Source: a virus. Taken from it: a stretch of DNA of 64,000 nucleotides. The position numbers were made by a program, and so were the translations under genes. The DNA is taken from positions 1 through 64,000 of IMG/VR virus record IMGVR_UViG_3300002052_000002. One strand, given 5' to 3'. Of this stretch, positions 44,620-56,655 are shown piece after piece. The stretch's first letter is position 1, and the number at the start of each line of letters is the position of its first letter. The notes below the pieces were generated by a model. That model was given only the letters and a program-made list of their open reading frames with translations. It was not told the origin of the DNA and did not search any database.

Positions 44620-45201
44620 GTGGACTTACTCAATATATTACAAGGAAGGCAATCTATATGGGCACCCCAAATGCCACAACCACTTCCTGAATGGCCTCAA
44701 CTTCCTGGCCCAAGAAGTCCAGAACCGACAGAAGGAGCAGAAAGAGGAAGAGGAGGTTGGGCGGATTACTTTCAAGGACGAGTTTCAGATTGGGTACAAA
44801 GGCAACGGGAAAGAATGAATATGCTAAGAGGTATGCCAATACCTCAGCCATTACAATTCAGTCCACAGATTCCGCCATTTGGTGGGACCCAACCGATACC
44901 ATTGATGCAATTTGGTGGACGGCTCATGCCAGGACAAACTGGGATAGTCGGGGAAGCTGGAAGACCTGAAATGGTAACTGCTGGACAAGGAGGAGCAAGA
45001 GTTACTCCGATGATGCCTCAGCAAGGATTAGTTCCTCCCACAGGACAAGGACCAAATTGGGCGGAGTTGTTACCATTTATTTTGATGGCCCTACAACAGC
45101 TACAGCAAGGTGGAATCGGAGGACTTGGACAGCCTAATTGGGGGATGCCGAGACAGATGACTGGCACGCCAAATATATCGCCTCCAACGCGATCTAGGTA
45201 A
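44620..45201 (+). CDS. Pro/Gln/Gly-rich protein
   Basis: Low complexity, with a GG...G..GIVGEAGRPEMV motif like those in phage virion proteins. Confidence 0.55.
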   Translation: MDLLNILQGRQSIWAPQMPQPLPEWPQLPGPRSPEPTEGAERGRGGWADYFQGRVSDWVQRQRERMNMLRGMPIPQPLQFSPQIPPFGGTQPIPLMQFGGRLMPGQTGIVGEAGRPEMVTAGQGGARVTPMMPQQGLVPPTGQGPNWAELLPFILMALQQLQQGGIGGLGQPNWGMPRQMTGTPNISPPTRSR

Positions 45202-45204
45202 TTT

Positions 45205-46614
45205 ATGGAATATGATGTCACGACCGAACAAAAGCTAAGATCTTTTGAGAAGTTGTTTAATTACAGACCTAATAATTTGAAATTGGCAAATATGCATAAG
45301 AGCGATTCCAAGACTCGTTTGATTCTTGGAGGTAAAAGGTCTGGCAAAACAACTTTTGGAGTCGTAGAGTGTGCATGGGCTGGATTAGGAATACACCCGT
45401 ATTTGAGTTATCCAGAGCCTCCACTGAACATCCGAATTTGTACCACTTCATTGACATCAGGAATAAAGGGAATCATTCTTCCTATGTTATATGATTGGAT
45501 TCCCAAACATGCCATAAAGAAATATTGGGCAGACGACCATATCCTAGAATTAGTGAATGGTACTTTATTCGATCTCAAATCCTACGAAATGGATTTGGAT
45601 AAGTTTGAAGGTGTCGCAAGGCACTTGGTATGGATGGATGAGGAGCCTCCCAAAGCTATCTATCAATCAAATCAATTGCGTACTATCGCAGCGGATTTAG
45701 GAATGGGCGAGATGGGAGGAAAGTTATTAATAACTTGTACTCCATTATACGGCATGACATGGTTATATTCTGACCTCTACGACAATACGGAGGCCAAGCC
45801 ACCTATTGTCGAACACTGTCATGTTACAATATTTGAGAATCCGACATTGCCTTTAGCCGCCATAGAAGCTGTAAAGAAAGATCCTGCTATGAAGGATAAT
45901 CTTGAGGCAGCCCTGTATGGGCGATTCTTCTCCAGATCTGGCCTTGTTTATCCAGAATTTGGGGATAGAAATTTAATGAAGCCAATAACAGAAATTCCTG
46001 ATGATTGGCTAGTTGTAATGGGAATAGATCCTTCTGGAGGTAGACACCCACATGGTGTTGTATTCTGCGGACTTACGAAAAGCAATATATGGGTTGTTTT
46101 TGATGAGGTACTTCAGACAGGGACTATTGATGAGTTGGTTAAAGAGATACAGAAAAGGCTCGGAAAAAGATTCCCGCCAAACTTAGTGGTGATGGATACT
46201 TCTGGCAAAGCGAAGCAAACTATCTCTGGAAAGAGTATTAAGGATATATTAGAAGCCCCTCCATACCGTTTGTACATAGAAGATGCGAGTAAGGATATTG
46301 AGGCGGGGCGACTGACAATGACTCAGTTATTGGATCCTGGCAAAATGCCTGATGGTAAGTTAATGGAGCCGAAATTATATGTCACTGAGAATTGCCACAA
46401 CTTGAAGCGAGAATTCAGAAACTATATATGGGATAACTGGACTCCAAAGAAAGCGGATAAGTCGGACCCAAAGGAAAGACCGCTAAAGAAAGATGATCAC
46501 TTGTTGGATGCTCTACGTTATGTCGTTATGCTTAACATTGTGTACCGACATCCAAAAATGACGTACAAACCAAAGCTTCCACAAGATGCTAGTAGGGTGA
46601 CGGGATATTTCTAA
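45205..46614 (+). CDS. terL: Terminase large subunit
   Basis: Walker A GGKRSGKT, Walker B VWMDEEP, motif III TCTP, nuclease GIDP and DDHLLDALRY. Confidence 0.95.
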   Translation: MEYDVTTEQKLRSFEKLFNYRPNNLKLANMHKSDSKTRLILGGKRSGKTTFGVVECAWAGLGIHPYLSYPEPPLNIRICTTSLTSGIKGIILPMLYDWIPKHAIKKYWADDHILELVNGTLFDLKSYEMDLDKFEGVARHLVWMDEEPPKAIYQSNQLRTIAADLGMGEMGGKLLITCTPLYGMTWLYSDLYDNTEAKPPIVEHCHVTIFENPTLPLAAIEAVKKDPAMKDNLEAALYGRFFSRSGLVYPEFGDRNLMKPITEIPDDWLVVMGIDPSGGRHPHGVVFCGLTKSNIWVVFDEVLQTGTIDELVKEIQKRLGKRFPPNLVVMDTSGKAKQTISGKSIKDILEAPPYRLYIEDASKDIEAGRLTMTQLLDPGKMPDGKLMEPKLYVTENCHNLKREFRNYIWDNWTPKKADKSDPKERPLKKDDHLLDALRYVVMLNIVYRHPKMTYKPKLPQDASRVTGYF

Positions 46615-49600
46615 TGCTTACAGGAAGAAATCCAGATACAGGAGAATTTCAGGAAGTATCAGTTACTAGTGGTGGAGAAGTCTTAATAACAGGAGACATT
46701 GAAGCCGCTGCTGGCCCTACTGATGTGTATAAAGCGTCGGATATAGATGAGGGAACTACTAGCTATTTTGGTTTTATTGATGCGGATGGAAATTGGTATA
46801 TTTTGAAACTAACTGATACTCAAGCACGATATGCCGTTGGTACACCCCCAACATCCGCTTATACTGATGCCTGGACTGCTAGAGCTAGTCTAACTTATTA
46901 TTATTTTTATGAGGTGTTTTAATTGGCAACACCAAGCTATACGACAGGATTAACAGGATTACTTCTTGAAATGCCAAGTACTTCAGGGTGGACAGCCCTT
47001 GGTGGTGGAGCTGGTGCATTAAATGCTCCTGAGACCGATGTTTTTATCCAAGGAGCAAATTGCATTGATAAAGGTTATTGGTCATCTGCCATTAAAGGTA
47101 TGATCTATAATATGGGATCTGACCAAGCTATTCCTGCTGACAATGCCCTTTACATATGGTTCCAATATACCGCTCCTCCTTCATTAGATACAGAAGCTAA
47201 TGGTGGAATCCGAGTAATAATTGGAAGTGGAACTGGTGATTATAATTATTGGTATGTAAAAGGGAAAGATACTTATACTTACGGTGGCTGGTTTTGTGCT
47301 GTAGTAGATCCTACTATCACTCCTGATAGTGCAGTTGGTTCTCCAACAGGTGCTCATCAATATTTTGGTGGAGTAGCAAATCTCCCTGGAGATGGTCCTA
47401 GTAAAGGGTATCCTTGGTGTATAGATGCTTTTAGATACGGAAGAGACTTTTATATAGGGAATGGAGAAGATGGAGACGAAGCTACTTTTGCGGGAGCAGC
47501 GGCTACAAATGATTTATCTGGAAATAGGTATGGACAATTCCAGGCAATAGATGGTGGATATTTAATGCAGTGCCGCCTAGTTATTGGGACTGCGACTTCT
47601 GCTGTGTATTTTGAGGATGCAAATACTCAAGTAATTATAGCCAATACTAAAAGAGTTTGTGCTGATTTTAATAAACTCGAAGTTAATAATGCTTCAAGTT
47701 ATGTATCTTGGACAGCAATTTCATTCTTAGCTCTTGGAACAGTTTCAAGAGGTGATTTTGAAGCGGTAGATGACGCTGATATAAATATAGATTCCTGTAC
47801 TTTTACGGATATGGGAACCTTCCTATTTAAAAGCAATAGTGCAATCGATAACACTACCTTTAGACGATGCGGCCAGGTTACACAGAATTCAGCTGAATTT
47901 GGTGGATGTATATTTGCTAATTCTTATGCTGCAATAGCTTTGTGTGCCAATGATCCCTCAAAACTTACTGATTGCTCGTGGACTTCAACTGGAACTGGTC
48001 ATGGTATTGAATTTACTACTACAGGTGAATACACATTCAATGGAAATTCATTCAGTAATTATGGAGCAGATGAAACAACTGATGCGGCCATCTATAATAA
48101 TTCAGGTGGGCTAATCACTCTAAACATTGGTGGTGGAGGGGATGGTAGTCCGACAGTTCGAAATGGATCAGGAGCCTCTACAGTACTTTGTGCTGGATTA
48201 GTCACATTAACATTAACAAACGTGTTCTCTGGCAGTGACGTAAGGATTTTCGACCAAGCTGGACCACCTCCAAATATCTTAGCTTCGGCAGATCCTTTTA
48301 CTGCAGCTGGATCAACAGGGAATTTCGAATATTCTTATACATATTCTCCTGATACATATGTGGATGTTGTAATTCATAAAGAAGATAAACAATGGTATTT
48401 TATTAACGATTATTTATTGGGGAATGCAGATGCTAGCATCCCAATTTCCCAGTTAACTGATAGACAATACACAAACCCTTAAGGAGGTTGAATAAACTAT
48501 GGCAATTATGGTTGATCCCGATTATTTAAATGACGGGACAGAAATTATTATTACTCCAGCTAGTAAGACTGTGCAGCTAGTAGAAACTGGCAATCTGACG
48601 AGTGATGGAGTAACTATCAAATGTGTTTATTCGAAATTGAAGGAACTATGGAAAACGAATAATACATACATAAAGTATGCATTTCCTATGACTCCAATTA
48701 CGGACGAGCAGTTTGAAATGGTTAATGACTGGGATTGGGCAGATAGTACTACACGATACCTACTTAGAACTGGTGGGTGGGCTGTTAAGAATACTGGTGG
48801 AATTTCTACCGCAGAATGGTCTGGTATTGTAGGACTAGGTAGCCTTGAATCAGATGCTCAGGTATACTTTCAGCAAGGCTTAGCAGGAGCAGCAGGAAGT
48901 GCTGCATCTAATTTCCAATTAACAGGGCAAGTAAATCAGGCTATCCAAGTTTATGCATCTGGTGGGGATGATTTTAGATCATACTTAAAATTATTCTGTC
49001 GACATTGGGGATATTCGTTTGCTCAAGTTGAAATAGATGATATTGGTGTTTCAACTCTTACTTATCAGGCATATCGATTCCCATTGACTCATGTAGCAGA
49101 TCCTAAAGTTACTCAACCAATGTCAGCGATGTCTGCATCTCCATATACCGATATTAGTGCTGCTTGGTATTCGGCCGCTCAGCAAAGAGATATTGGAGGA
49201 ACAAATCGTGATTTCCACGTCATAATTGATGCTTCTGATGAAAACCTTGAAGATGCATATATGAGAATACAGTATTTATTGCTATCAGGTGGAAATATTA
49301 ATACTGGCGGAACTTATGGAACAGTAGTTGGAGACACAGCAGATCACCTGTTACATTTTACTGGAGACACTCTATATACAGAATTCTATTCTATTGAACC
49401 TACTGGTGGAACATATATAGATAATTTCCAAACTGATGACATCAATCGACTAATCTTTGTAGATGATACTGGAACAGAACGGCAATTCCCATATACTGCA
49501 GTCCTTACGCTTCAGTTTGGAGCTAATGTCTACGGCGATTCTAATTCTAAATATTGGGTATATTTTACGGATATTCCAAGTGGTAATTATGGAGATTCGG

Positions 49601-50548
49601 ATGCTTATTTAGTTAATACAGATAATTATGTTGCTACTGTTGCTAGAGCACGTAATTCTAATACCGCATACTTAACTGCAGCCAATGCTCATGGATTGTC
49701 TGCTGAGGATGGTATCGAAGTAGTGGATGTTGGTGGAGCTGGATATAATGGTGTATGGATAGTTTTAGATACTCCAAGTAACACTGAACTATCTTATGCT
49801 TGTACAGCTGGAGATGAAAGTTATACTGCTGATACTGATGGAACAATCTATGAGCAAATGGCTGGTAAAGTATGGGGACAATCCTCTGTTCAGAAATCAT
49901 TTGCCTATGATACTAATAGCCAGGGTGGAAGAACATCTGGTTCTAATGCAGACGTAACTGCGGTATCTATTGGCCTATCGTCTTCTCAGTTTGTTCTAGC
50001 AACTGGAACTATTCAGAGAAGTACTGCCAACTCGGTTTCATTGGTTTCGGCCTTGGAAAGAAACTACCAGAATCCTGCATAACTAGGAGGATGGCATGGC
50101 GTATACTTTCGATGGTACTAATAAAATTATCACGTACTCTATTGGAACAACTGCAATAGATGTGAAAGATATCTATTCCAGATGGAAGAATTGGGTCCAA
50201 GATGAAGGAAGTATGTATCTAAAAGCTATAGATATTGTTGGTGGGGATCCAATTGATGAAATTAATGGGATTTATATTTCTACGTATGTATTTCTTATAA
50301 ATGGTTGGAGGATTCGGCCAGCAGAGGAGAATCATAAGGTAAAAGTACATAGTGGGATCCTACTGACTGATGTTGGAGAAAGTCCCTTTATCTCAACTGT
50401 AGGAAGTTATAATGTACTTGTAGAGTATTCACAGCCAGTTACTTCACAGACTGTAATGCTAGAAACGGGAATTAGTGGATTAACACAGGAAGAAAGTGAA
50501 CAGTTATTTAAAGCATTAACTACTGCAAAATTCTTGGCTTTGAAATAG
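46614..50548 (+). CDS. Four putative virion proteins (46614-46922, 46923-48482 with beta-helix-like region, 48499-50082, 50096-50548)
   Basis: G/S/T/D-rich composition, tight coupling; the last two have similar N-termini (DG..+II......I.+K.+YS..K..W). Confidence 0.7.
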
Positions 50549-51147
50549 GAGTACTGATGAATTGGTTATATAATATATTATCTCCTAGAAATGAATTAGA
50601 ATCGATAGAAGCGATGCTGGTCCACAGATTACCAGAATTCTTATACACGTCAGTTCCTGATATAGCGTTTCCTGAGCCGACGACCAGTGAATTGTTAAAT
50701 AACTTGATTAGACATGATTTTATTATACATCCTTCGACAGGGAATGTTATGACCGCATGGGATGTTAATAAAGTAGTAAAAGATAATTTAAAAACTATCT
50801 CCCATAATATGGCTTTAGAGTCACAAGTTGTGGAGAAAATCAAACCTATTCTTACGCGAGGTCTTCTTCCGGAATACCAATCACCAGGATGGGCACGATT
50901 TCTAAGATATTTGTAGGAGGTTTAATAATGCCGAAGAAGAGCGATAACGAAATGAATGGAGAACAATCATACATATCTAAGATTGAAAGTGCAGCTAGAA
51001 AAAAGATGTATGATTTTCTAGGGTGGAAGAAAGAACAAGGCCCAGAAGCTCCAAGGGCTTGGAGAGCAAGAAAAGAACAAGGTCCAGGATTCTGGGGAGC
51101 AGATATTGGAGTTTCAGAAGAGAAAAAGAAAAAGTAAGGGGTAAATT

Positions 51148-52950
51148 ATGCCTATAATTGCTGCGCATCAAGGAATGATGTCCGACGTCCCATTGAAAGA
51201 GGATCCAGCTACACATATTGCTAACCTGTATCTATCTGGAAAACAGTGGCGTCAGGCAACGGAAGATAGGTGGAAGAGATTCTATAAACTCTACCGAAGT
51301 TATAGAGACGCAAGTTCCCATCCGTTTAAAAGTAACATCTTTGTTCCTTATATATTTTCTATTGTGGAAAGTTTAGTTCCAAAGATGTTGGGTACGGTAT
51401 TTAATACTAGGCCGATCATATCAATCCAGCCTAGAAAGGGAAGAACAGTTGGCCTCTGTAAGTTATTGGAATCATTACTGGAATATCAACTAGACGAAGA
51501 GCAATTAGAGTTCTTCTCTAAGATTTTGGAGTTCTTCAAAGAGACTTGTATTTATGGAACTGCATTCATGAAAGTAATTCCAAGATTTAATGATGATGAG
51601 TTAGTTTCTTTCAACTATATAGATTTAGAACCAATTGACCTATTTAATATATTTCCTGATTACCGTGCCAAATCGATACGGCGGATGAAATATATAATTC
51701 AGCTATCCTATATGGACTTGGATGAACTACAACATATGGAGAAACAAGGGTTCTACAAGAATGTAAAGGAAGTAGGAAATATATTAGAGGCTAATATGAA
51801 TATTGATGAGGCTAAACGACAAAGGTTGGCTTCAGTCGGAATCTTAGATGAGTATGGATTCGATGCACAGCGTAAAACAGTTGAAGTTTTAGAATATTGG
51901 GACAGAGATAAGATTTATGTAATCGGCGGAAGAAAAGTAATTCTTAAGGAAGAGGATAACCCATTTAGCGGCTTGTTGCCCTATATAATGGCAAGATATG
52001 TACCAGTTCAACACGAACTATATGGAATTGGAATCCCAGAAGTCGCAGAATCTTTACAAGAAGAACTTAATACTGTACGTAATCAGAGAATGGACAATGT
52101 TAATTTAATCATTAATCGAATGTTTGTTGCTCATAAATACGCAGACATTGACTTTGACCAATTAGTATCATATCCAGGAAATGTAATCTTAACTAATAAC
52201 ATGGATGCCGTAAAGCCTTTAGATACAAGAGACATTACCAAATCGGCCTACATGGAAGAAGAAATTATTAAGAGAGACATAGATAACGCTACTGGAGAAT
52301 TTGCTTATTCGCGAGGAGAAGCACCAGAAAGACGAGAAACAGCAACAGGAATAGTTAGACTGCAGCAAGCCGCTAATATTAGATTTGACACAATAGTGAA
52401 ATCATTAGAGTTTACTGTACTACGACATATCGCTAAGATGTTCTTATGGTTAGATTACCACTTCTTGTCACCAGAAGCGATGGCTAAAATTGTTGGGCAA
52501 GAAGAATTCATGAAGTATAATGGAATAGAGTTTTATAATCAGGATATAGAAGATGTTTTAAAGCAGTATAACTTCCAGCCTATGGGCTCCGCTACTACGG
52601 CTGTAAAAGAAGTACGAATCCAGCAAATGATGCAAGCCTATAGATTGTTTAATATGGATCCAATGATCAATCAGTTAGCATTAAGGAGAATGGTCCTTAG
52701 TGCATTGGAAATCAAGAATGAAGACGAATTACTTCAGCCACCTCCCATGATGGGACCAGGAGCAGGAATGCCTGGAATGATGGGGCCTGGACAAGCTGGT
52801 CCTGGCGGGGTACAAGCTCCAGCTCCTCCTCAAGCTCCGCAACCTGGTCAGAAGGCTATCCCAGCAGAACGGCAAATGGCCGAAATGATGAGGGTAGCTG
52901 GTGGTGGCCTTATCAAAGGAGGCCCGACGTTTCCTCAAAACGTGGGCTAA
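51148..52950 (+). CDS. Portal protein (P22-like)
   Basis: 600 aa; SNIFVP, YGTAFMKV, YGIGIPE....LQ.ELN..RNQRMDN, ETATG; Pro/Gln tail. Confidence 0.92.
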   Translation: MPIIAAHQGMMSDVPLKEDPATHIANLYLSGKQWRQATEDRWKRFYKLYRSYRDASSHPFKSNIFVPYIFSIVESLVPKMLGTVFNTRPIISIQPRKGRTVGLCKLLESLLEYQLDEEQLEFFSKILEFFKETCIYGTAFMKVIPRFNDDELVSFNYIDLEPIDLFNIFPDYRAKSIRRMKYIIQLSYMDLDELQHMEKQGFYKNVKEVGNILEANMNIDEAKRQRLASVGILDEYGFDAQRKTVEVLEYWDRDKIYVIGGRKVILKEEDNPFSGLLPYIMARYVPVQHELYGIGIPEVAESLQEELNTVRNQRMDNVNLIINRMFVAHKYADIDFDQLVSYPGNVILTNNMDAVKPLDTRDITKSAYMEEEIIKRDIDNATGEFAYSRGEAPERRETATGIVRLQQAANIRFDTIVKSLEFTVLRHIAKMFLWLDYHFLSPEAMAKIVGQEEFMKYNGIEFYNQDIEDVLKQYNFQPMGSATTAVKEVRIQQMMQAYRLFNMDPMINQLALRRMVLSALEIKNEDELLQPPPMMGPGAGMPGMMGPGQAGPGGVQAPAPPQAPQPGQKAIPAERQMAEMMRVAGGGLIKGGPTFPQNVG

Positions 52951-52964
52951 TATAGGAGACTAAT

Positions 52965-53282
52965 ATGCCAAAAAGCAGATTAGAAATGGTAATGGCTGAT
53001 GAAGCTACTAAAGTAGATGACTCAGCTAAACTACGGCAGCAAGCCGATGAATTTTATGCCTTGAAAGTCACGCTCGATAGTCGTGGCTGGAAAGAGATTA
53101 TTGGTAAGTATCTAGCAAACCGCCTAGATCTTAACAGATTTCTCCAAACTAAAACAACTCAAGAAAGGCACGAAATGTATGGTGCTCTTAACGAGGTGCA
53201 AGAATTTATAAGTTTCTTAGAACAGAAACTCAAAGATGGAGAAAAGGCAGTTATGGTACTTAACCGAAGGGAGGAAAAATGA
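52965..53282 (+). CDS. Small helical protein between portal and scaffold
   Basis: Synteny; RBS. Confidence 0.65.
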   Translation: MPKSRLEMVMADEATKVDDSAKLRQQADEFYALKVTLDSRGWKEIIGKYLANRLDLNRFLQTKTTQERHEMYGALNEVQEFISFLEQKLKDGEKAVMVLNRREEK

Positions 53283-54379
53283 GTAAAACAATGGACGACT
53301 TACAAAGTCAAGTTAACGACATGCAGATGGGTCTAACTTCGGACGACGATCTGCAAGCCCTGTTCGATGGTCTACCAGAAGTGGGAACGACTGAACCCGT
53401 ACAGGCTGCTTCGGCGGGAGATAATCCGCCAACACCTCCGGCCCCTGAGCCAACCCCTGCTCCTGCGCCAGCTCCGGCCCCACAGCCGACGCCTGCGCCG
53501 AAGCCAGAACCTACTCCGGCACCAACGCCGGATCCGACCCAGGGAAAACCGCCCGTTTCTGATGTGCCTGACAAATTCAGAGACGTGGATGTGCAAGCTT
53601 CATTGAATAAAGCCGTAAAATCGTATGAGGAATTAGAAGCTCGGCACGCAGCTCAAGAAAAAGAGCTAGCAAATTTGAGGAAACTAGTTGGTCAATTGAC
53701 TACTGGTACTACTCCTCAGCCGACTCCTAGCGTACCTACACAGGTTCCGGTAGCGACACCGACAGTAGTGGACGAGGAAATTCCCGATTCGGATTACTTC
53801 GAAAAACCCAATGAAGCTGTAGGCAAAAAGGTCCTTCAGGATCTTAATAAATATGCTCCTGAATTGATCGCTAAGAAGATCATGGAGTATCACGATTGGA
53901 ATACCCGCCAGATGATACTTCGAGATTTTCGAAGGGAACATCCAGATTTCGATAATTATGTTCAGGATATTCTACAAATCGCTCAGGCTCGGCCTGATAT
54001 AGATAGATTACCTCCTGATCAATCATTGCCTATGTTATATGATTTAGCTAAAGAAAGAGCTAGATTAAAACTTGAGACAATGAAGAGAGATCTAGGTATT
54101 CCTGAGATAACGCCTGCGCCTCAACCTGCACCAGCCCCCGCACCTTCAACAGAAGAGATAGCGAAGATGGTTCAGGCTAGGTTGATCGAAGAAATCAATC
54201 GACGAAGACGCGCTTCAGGCATCACTGGAGCAGAAGGAACGCCCCCTGTGAATCCACAGGATAGAGCAACTCCGGCTCCGAAACCACAAGAGAAAACCTA
54301 CGGTGAAGAGGTTTTCGATAGAATGATGGCTACTAAACCAAAGCATCCTGATGATATATTGGGAACTGCGAGGTTATAA
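53279..54379 (+). CDS. Capsid scaffolding protein
   Basis: Pro/Ala repeats, VPDKF....L.KSYEELE coiled coil, directly upstream of the capsid gene. Confidence 0.85.
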   Translation: MSKTMDDLQSQVNDMQMGLTSDDDLQALFDGLPEVGTTEPVQAASAGDNPPTPPAPEPTPAPAPAPAPQPTPAPKPEPTPAPTPDPTQGKPPVSDVPDKFRDVDVQASLNKAVKSYEELEARHAAQEKELANLRKLVGQLTTGTTPQPTPSVPTQVPVATPTVVDEEIPDSDYFEKPNEAVGKKVLQDLNKYAPELIAKKIMEYHDWNTRQMILRDFRREHPDFDNYVQDILQIAQARPDIDRLPPDQSLPMLYDLAKERARLKLETMKRDLGIPEITPAPQPAPAPAPSTEEIAKMVQARLIEEINRRRRASGITGAEGTPPVNPQDRATPAPKPQEKTYGEEVFDRMMATKPKHPDDILGTARL

Positions 54380-54423
54380 GCTATCACTTGCACATTTTAT
54401 AAAGAGGAGGTGCTTCATAGACT

Positions 54424-55611
54424 ATGGCAGTGACCGTTATTTCTGGTGCAACCGGAAGTTTAGGAACTAATGCTATTTTAGCAGCTCAGAAAGTTGTTGA
54501 CATTAGCGATAAGATCTACTTACTGGAACCCAACGCGGCTCCTTTATATGTTCTTGTTTCTAAGTTAGGGAAAGACGTTACTATCAATCCAGCTTTTAGT
54601 TGGTTGGAAGACGAGCTTCAGCCCTCTTGGACAACTCTTGCAGTTTCAGCAGCAGCAGGCGATGGCACTCTGACGGCGTCTAACGGATACGTTAATAAAT
54701 TTGATCTGTTGAAAGTCCCTTCTACGGGCGAGGTTATGCTTGCTCATACAGTGTCTTCGACAGCAGTTCAGGTTTATCGTGCGTACGGTACGACAATCGC
54801 AGCGTGCGCTGATGCTGGTGTTGATATCCTAATTCTTGGTCCAGCTTTTGCAGAAGGTTCTCTTGGAACAGACCTTGCAACCGTAACAACCCAGACAAAT
54901 GAGGTATGGAATTATACTCAGTTGTTTAGAAAGTCCTGCGAAGTAACTCGTACATTGGCTAATACCGAGCTCTATGGTGGGCCCGAAAGGAACAACCAGA
55001 GGAGAAAGAAAGGTATCGAGCTTATGCGAGATTTCGAAAGGATGTTCTTGTTCGGCGAAGGACTCCAAGATACTGGTGCTGGTAAAGACACTAACCTAAC
55101 CCATGCGCGTAGGACAATGAGAGGAGTAGATTCTTTTATTGCTTCTAATGCGACTGCGGCAGGCGGAGTTCTTACCGAATCAGAATTTGAGGCTTTCTTG
55201 CGAACCGTATTTCGGTACGGCGGATCATCCAGGTATTTGTTCTGCGCTCCCCTGATCCTTTCAGTGATCAGCCAGTGGGCACAGGGTAAACTCCAGATGT
55301 TCCCTAAGGACAAGAGTTATGGTGTTGCTATTACTCAGTATCTGTCTCCTCAGGGCTCAGTGAATTTGATTCGTGAGTTCATGTTGGAGAATGCTGGTGG
55401 AGTTTCTAGTGTTTCCTACTATGGCGGATATGCCTTTGCACTCGCTCTAGAAGAGATCAGGTATCGTTACCTGCAGAACAGAGATGTTCAGCTTGAAACT
55501 GATATCCAGGCTCCTGGGGACGATTCGTTCAAAGATCAGTATATCTGCGAAGTTAGTATGGAATTTCGTCAGCAGAGAATGCACGGAAAACTTACTGGCG
55601 TGACTGGTTAA
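54424..55611 (+). CDS. Major capsid protein (SU10/phiEco32-like HK97 fold)
   Basis: DISDKIYLLEPNAAP, FSWLEDEL, NYTQLFRKS.EVT.T, DFERMFLFG, RRTMRGV; GAGGAGG RBS. Confidence 0.92.
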   Translation: MAVTVISGATGSLGTNAILAAQKVVDISDKIYLLEPNAAPLYVLVSKLGKDVTINPAFSWLEDELQPSWTTLAVSAAAGDGTLTASNGYVNKFDLLKVPSTGEVMLAHTVSSTAVQVYRAYGTTIAACADAGVDILILGPAFAEGSLGTDLATVTTQTNEVWNYTQLFRKSCEVTRTLANTELYGGPERNNQRRKKGIELMRDFERMFLFGEGLQDTGAGKDTNLTHARRTMRGVDSFIASNATAAGGVLTESEFEAFLRTVFRYGGSSRYLFCAPLILSVISQWAQGKLQMFPKDKSYGVAITQYLSPQGSVNLIREFMLENAGGVSSVSYYGGYAFALALEEIRYRYLQNRDVQLETDIQAPGDDSFKDQYICEVSMEFRQQRMHGKLTGVTG

Positions 55612-55696
55612 TTCTAGTTATTCCAAGTTTTCTTTAGCATAGATACTATAGATTTATTGCTCCATTAGCGAAAGGGCGTCTAATGGATGAATATAG

Positions 55697-56128
55697 ATGG
55701 AGGTGGAGCTGATGTCAAAACCCACGGAAGTTCATGACCCTTTACTTATTTATATTGCTGCTGCATTAGACATTGCTGGTAGCATAAGAATTGAAGTACC
55801 TAGGAAAACTGGAGAAGACAAAGGAGCATCCCTTTTAGTATGGATTCAATCAAAGAAATTCAAATTGATGGAATTATTACAAAGGAGAGGAGCTTTTGTT
55901 ACTCCTGTATCTGATGGACAATTTAGAGGAAAATGGAAGGATAAGAAAGCAGCAAGACTGCTTAGGCAATTATTGCCTTATCTCCATTTAAGAAGAGAAC
56001 AAGCAAAGATTGGGGTAGAGTTCATGGATGAAAGAGAACTGAACCCGACCGAACATACCGATGCGATATACCGTCTCAGGCTTAAGCTACAAAAGAAAGC
56101 GGATGAAGAGGACGGAAAGGAGAGATAA
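55697..56128 (+). CDS. Single-motif LAGLIDADG endonuclease-like protein, probably degenerate
   Basis: YIAAALDIAGSIRI and W....A.RLL.QLLPYL.LRREQA. Confidence 0.75.
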   Translation: MEVELMSKPTEVHDPLLIYIAAALDIAGSIRIEVPRKTGEDKGASLLVWIQSKKFKLMELLQRRGAFVTPVSDGQFRGKWKDKKAARLLRQLLPYLHLRREQAKIGVEFMDERELNPTEHTDAIYRLRLKLQKKADEEDGKER

Positions 56129-56130
56129 AT

Positions 56131-56652
56131 ATGGCTATATTTGCAAGTAGAATGAGAAGTCTAGTAGTGATTTTAGTTCCAACTGAAACTGTCCTAGACG
56201 AGCTTAGACGACCCATGACTATTAAAGGTAAGAAAGCTACCTTTGCTAATGGTCGATATAAAACTGATGACCCGAAAGAAATTGAGATGTTAAGAAATCA
56301 TGCACAGTTTAATATTGAATTTTTTGAGGTCACAGATGAAGCAAAAAGGATTAAAGAATTCCATGAAACTAAAGTTATTCATGGTGCATTAGGTGCTGGC
56401 CCAAAAGTGGAGGGAGATATAGCTCCTCCAGCGATTCCGAGTTTAAAAGAAGAAATTTTGGCAGCAGTTGATGTTAAAATAACCAACGTAATGGGACAGA
56501 TTTTGTCAGCCATTGAAGGGATGCCAAAGCCCGCAGCTGATGAGCCTGTAAAACCCAAGAAAATATTTACGTGCCCTATCTGCAAAGAGCCTTTCCCAAG
56601 TGGTATTGCAGTTGGGAAGCACAAGAAAGAGGCACATCCTGAGGTGAGTTAA
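56131..56652 (+). CDS. Hypothetical protein with C-terminal C2H2 zinc finger
   Basis: CPICKEPF......KHKKEAH. Confidence 0.7.
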   Translation: MAIFASRMRSLVVILVPTETVLDELRRPMTIKGKKATFANGRYKTDDPKEIEMLRNHAQFNIEFFEVTDEAKRIKEFHETKVIHGALGAGPKVEGDIAPPAIPSLKEEILAAVDVKITNVMGQILSAIEGMPKPAADEPVKPKKIFTCPICKEPFPSGIAVGKHKKEAHPEVS

Positions 56653-56655
56653 ACT

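Noticed and set aside
53400-53545. GC-rich repeats in the scaffold gene
   Set aside because: They encode an ordinary Pro/Ala/Thr linker.
55612-56130. Group I intron or intein hosting the LAGLIDADG ORF
   Set aside because: The capsid gene ends normally, flanks are too short, and no intron core or intein motifs were seen.
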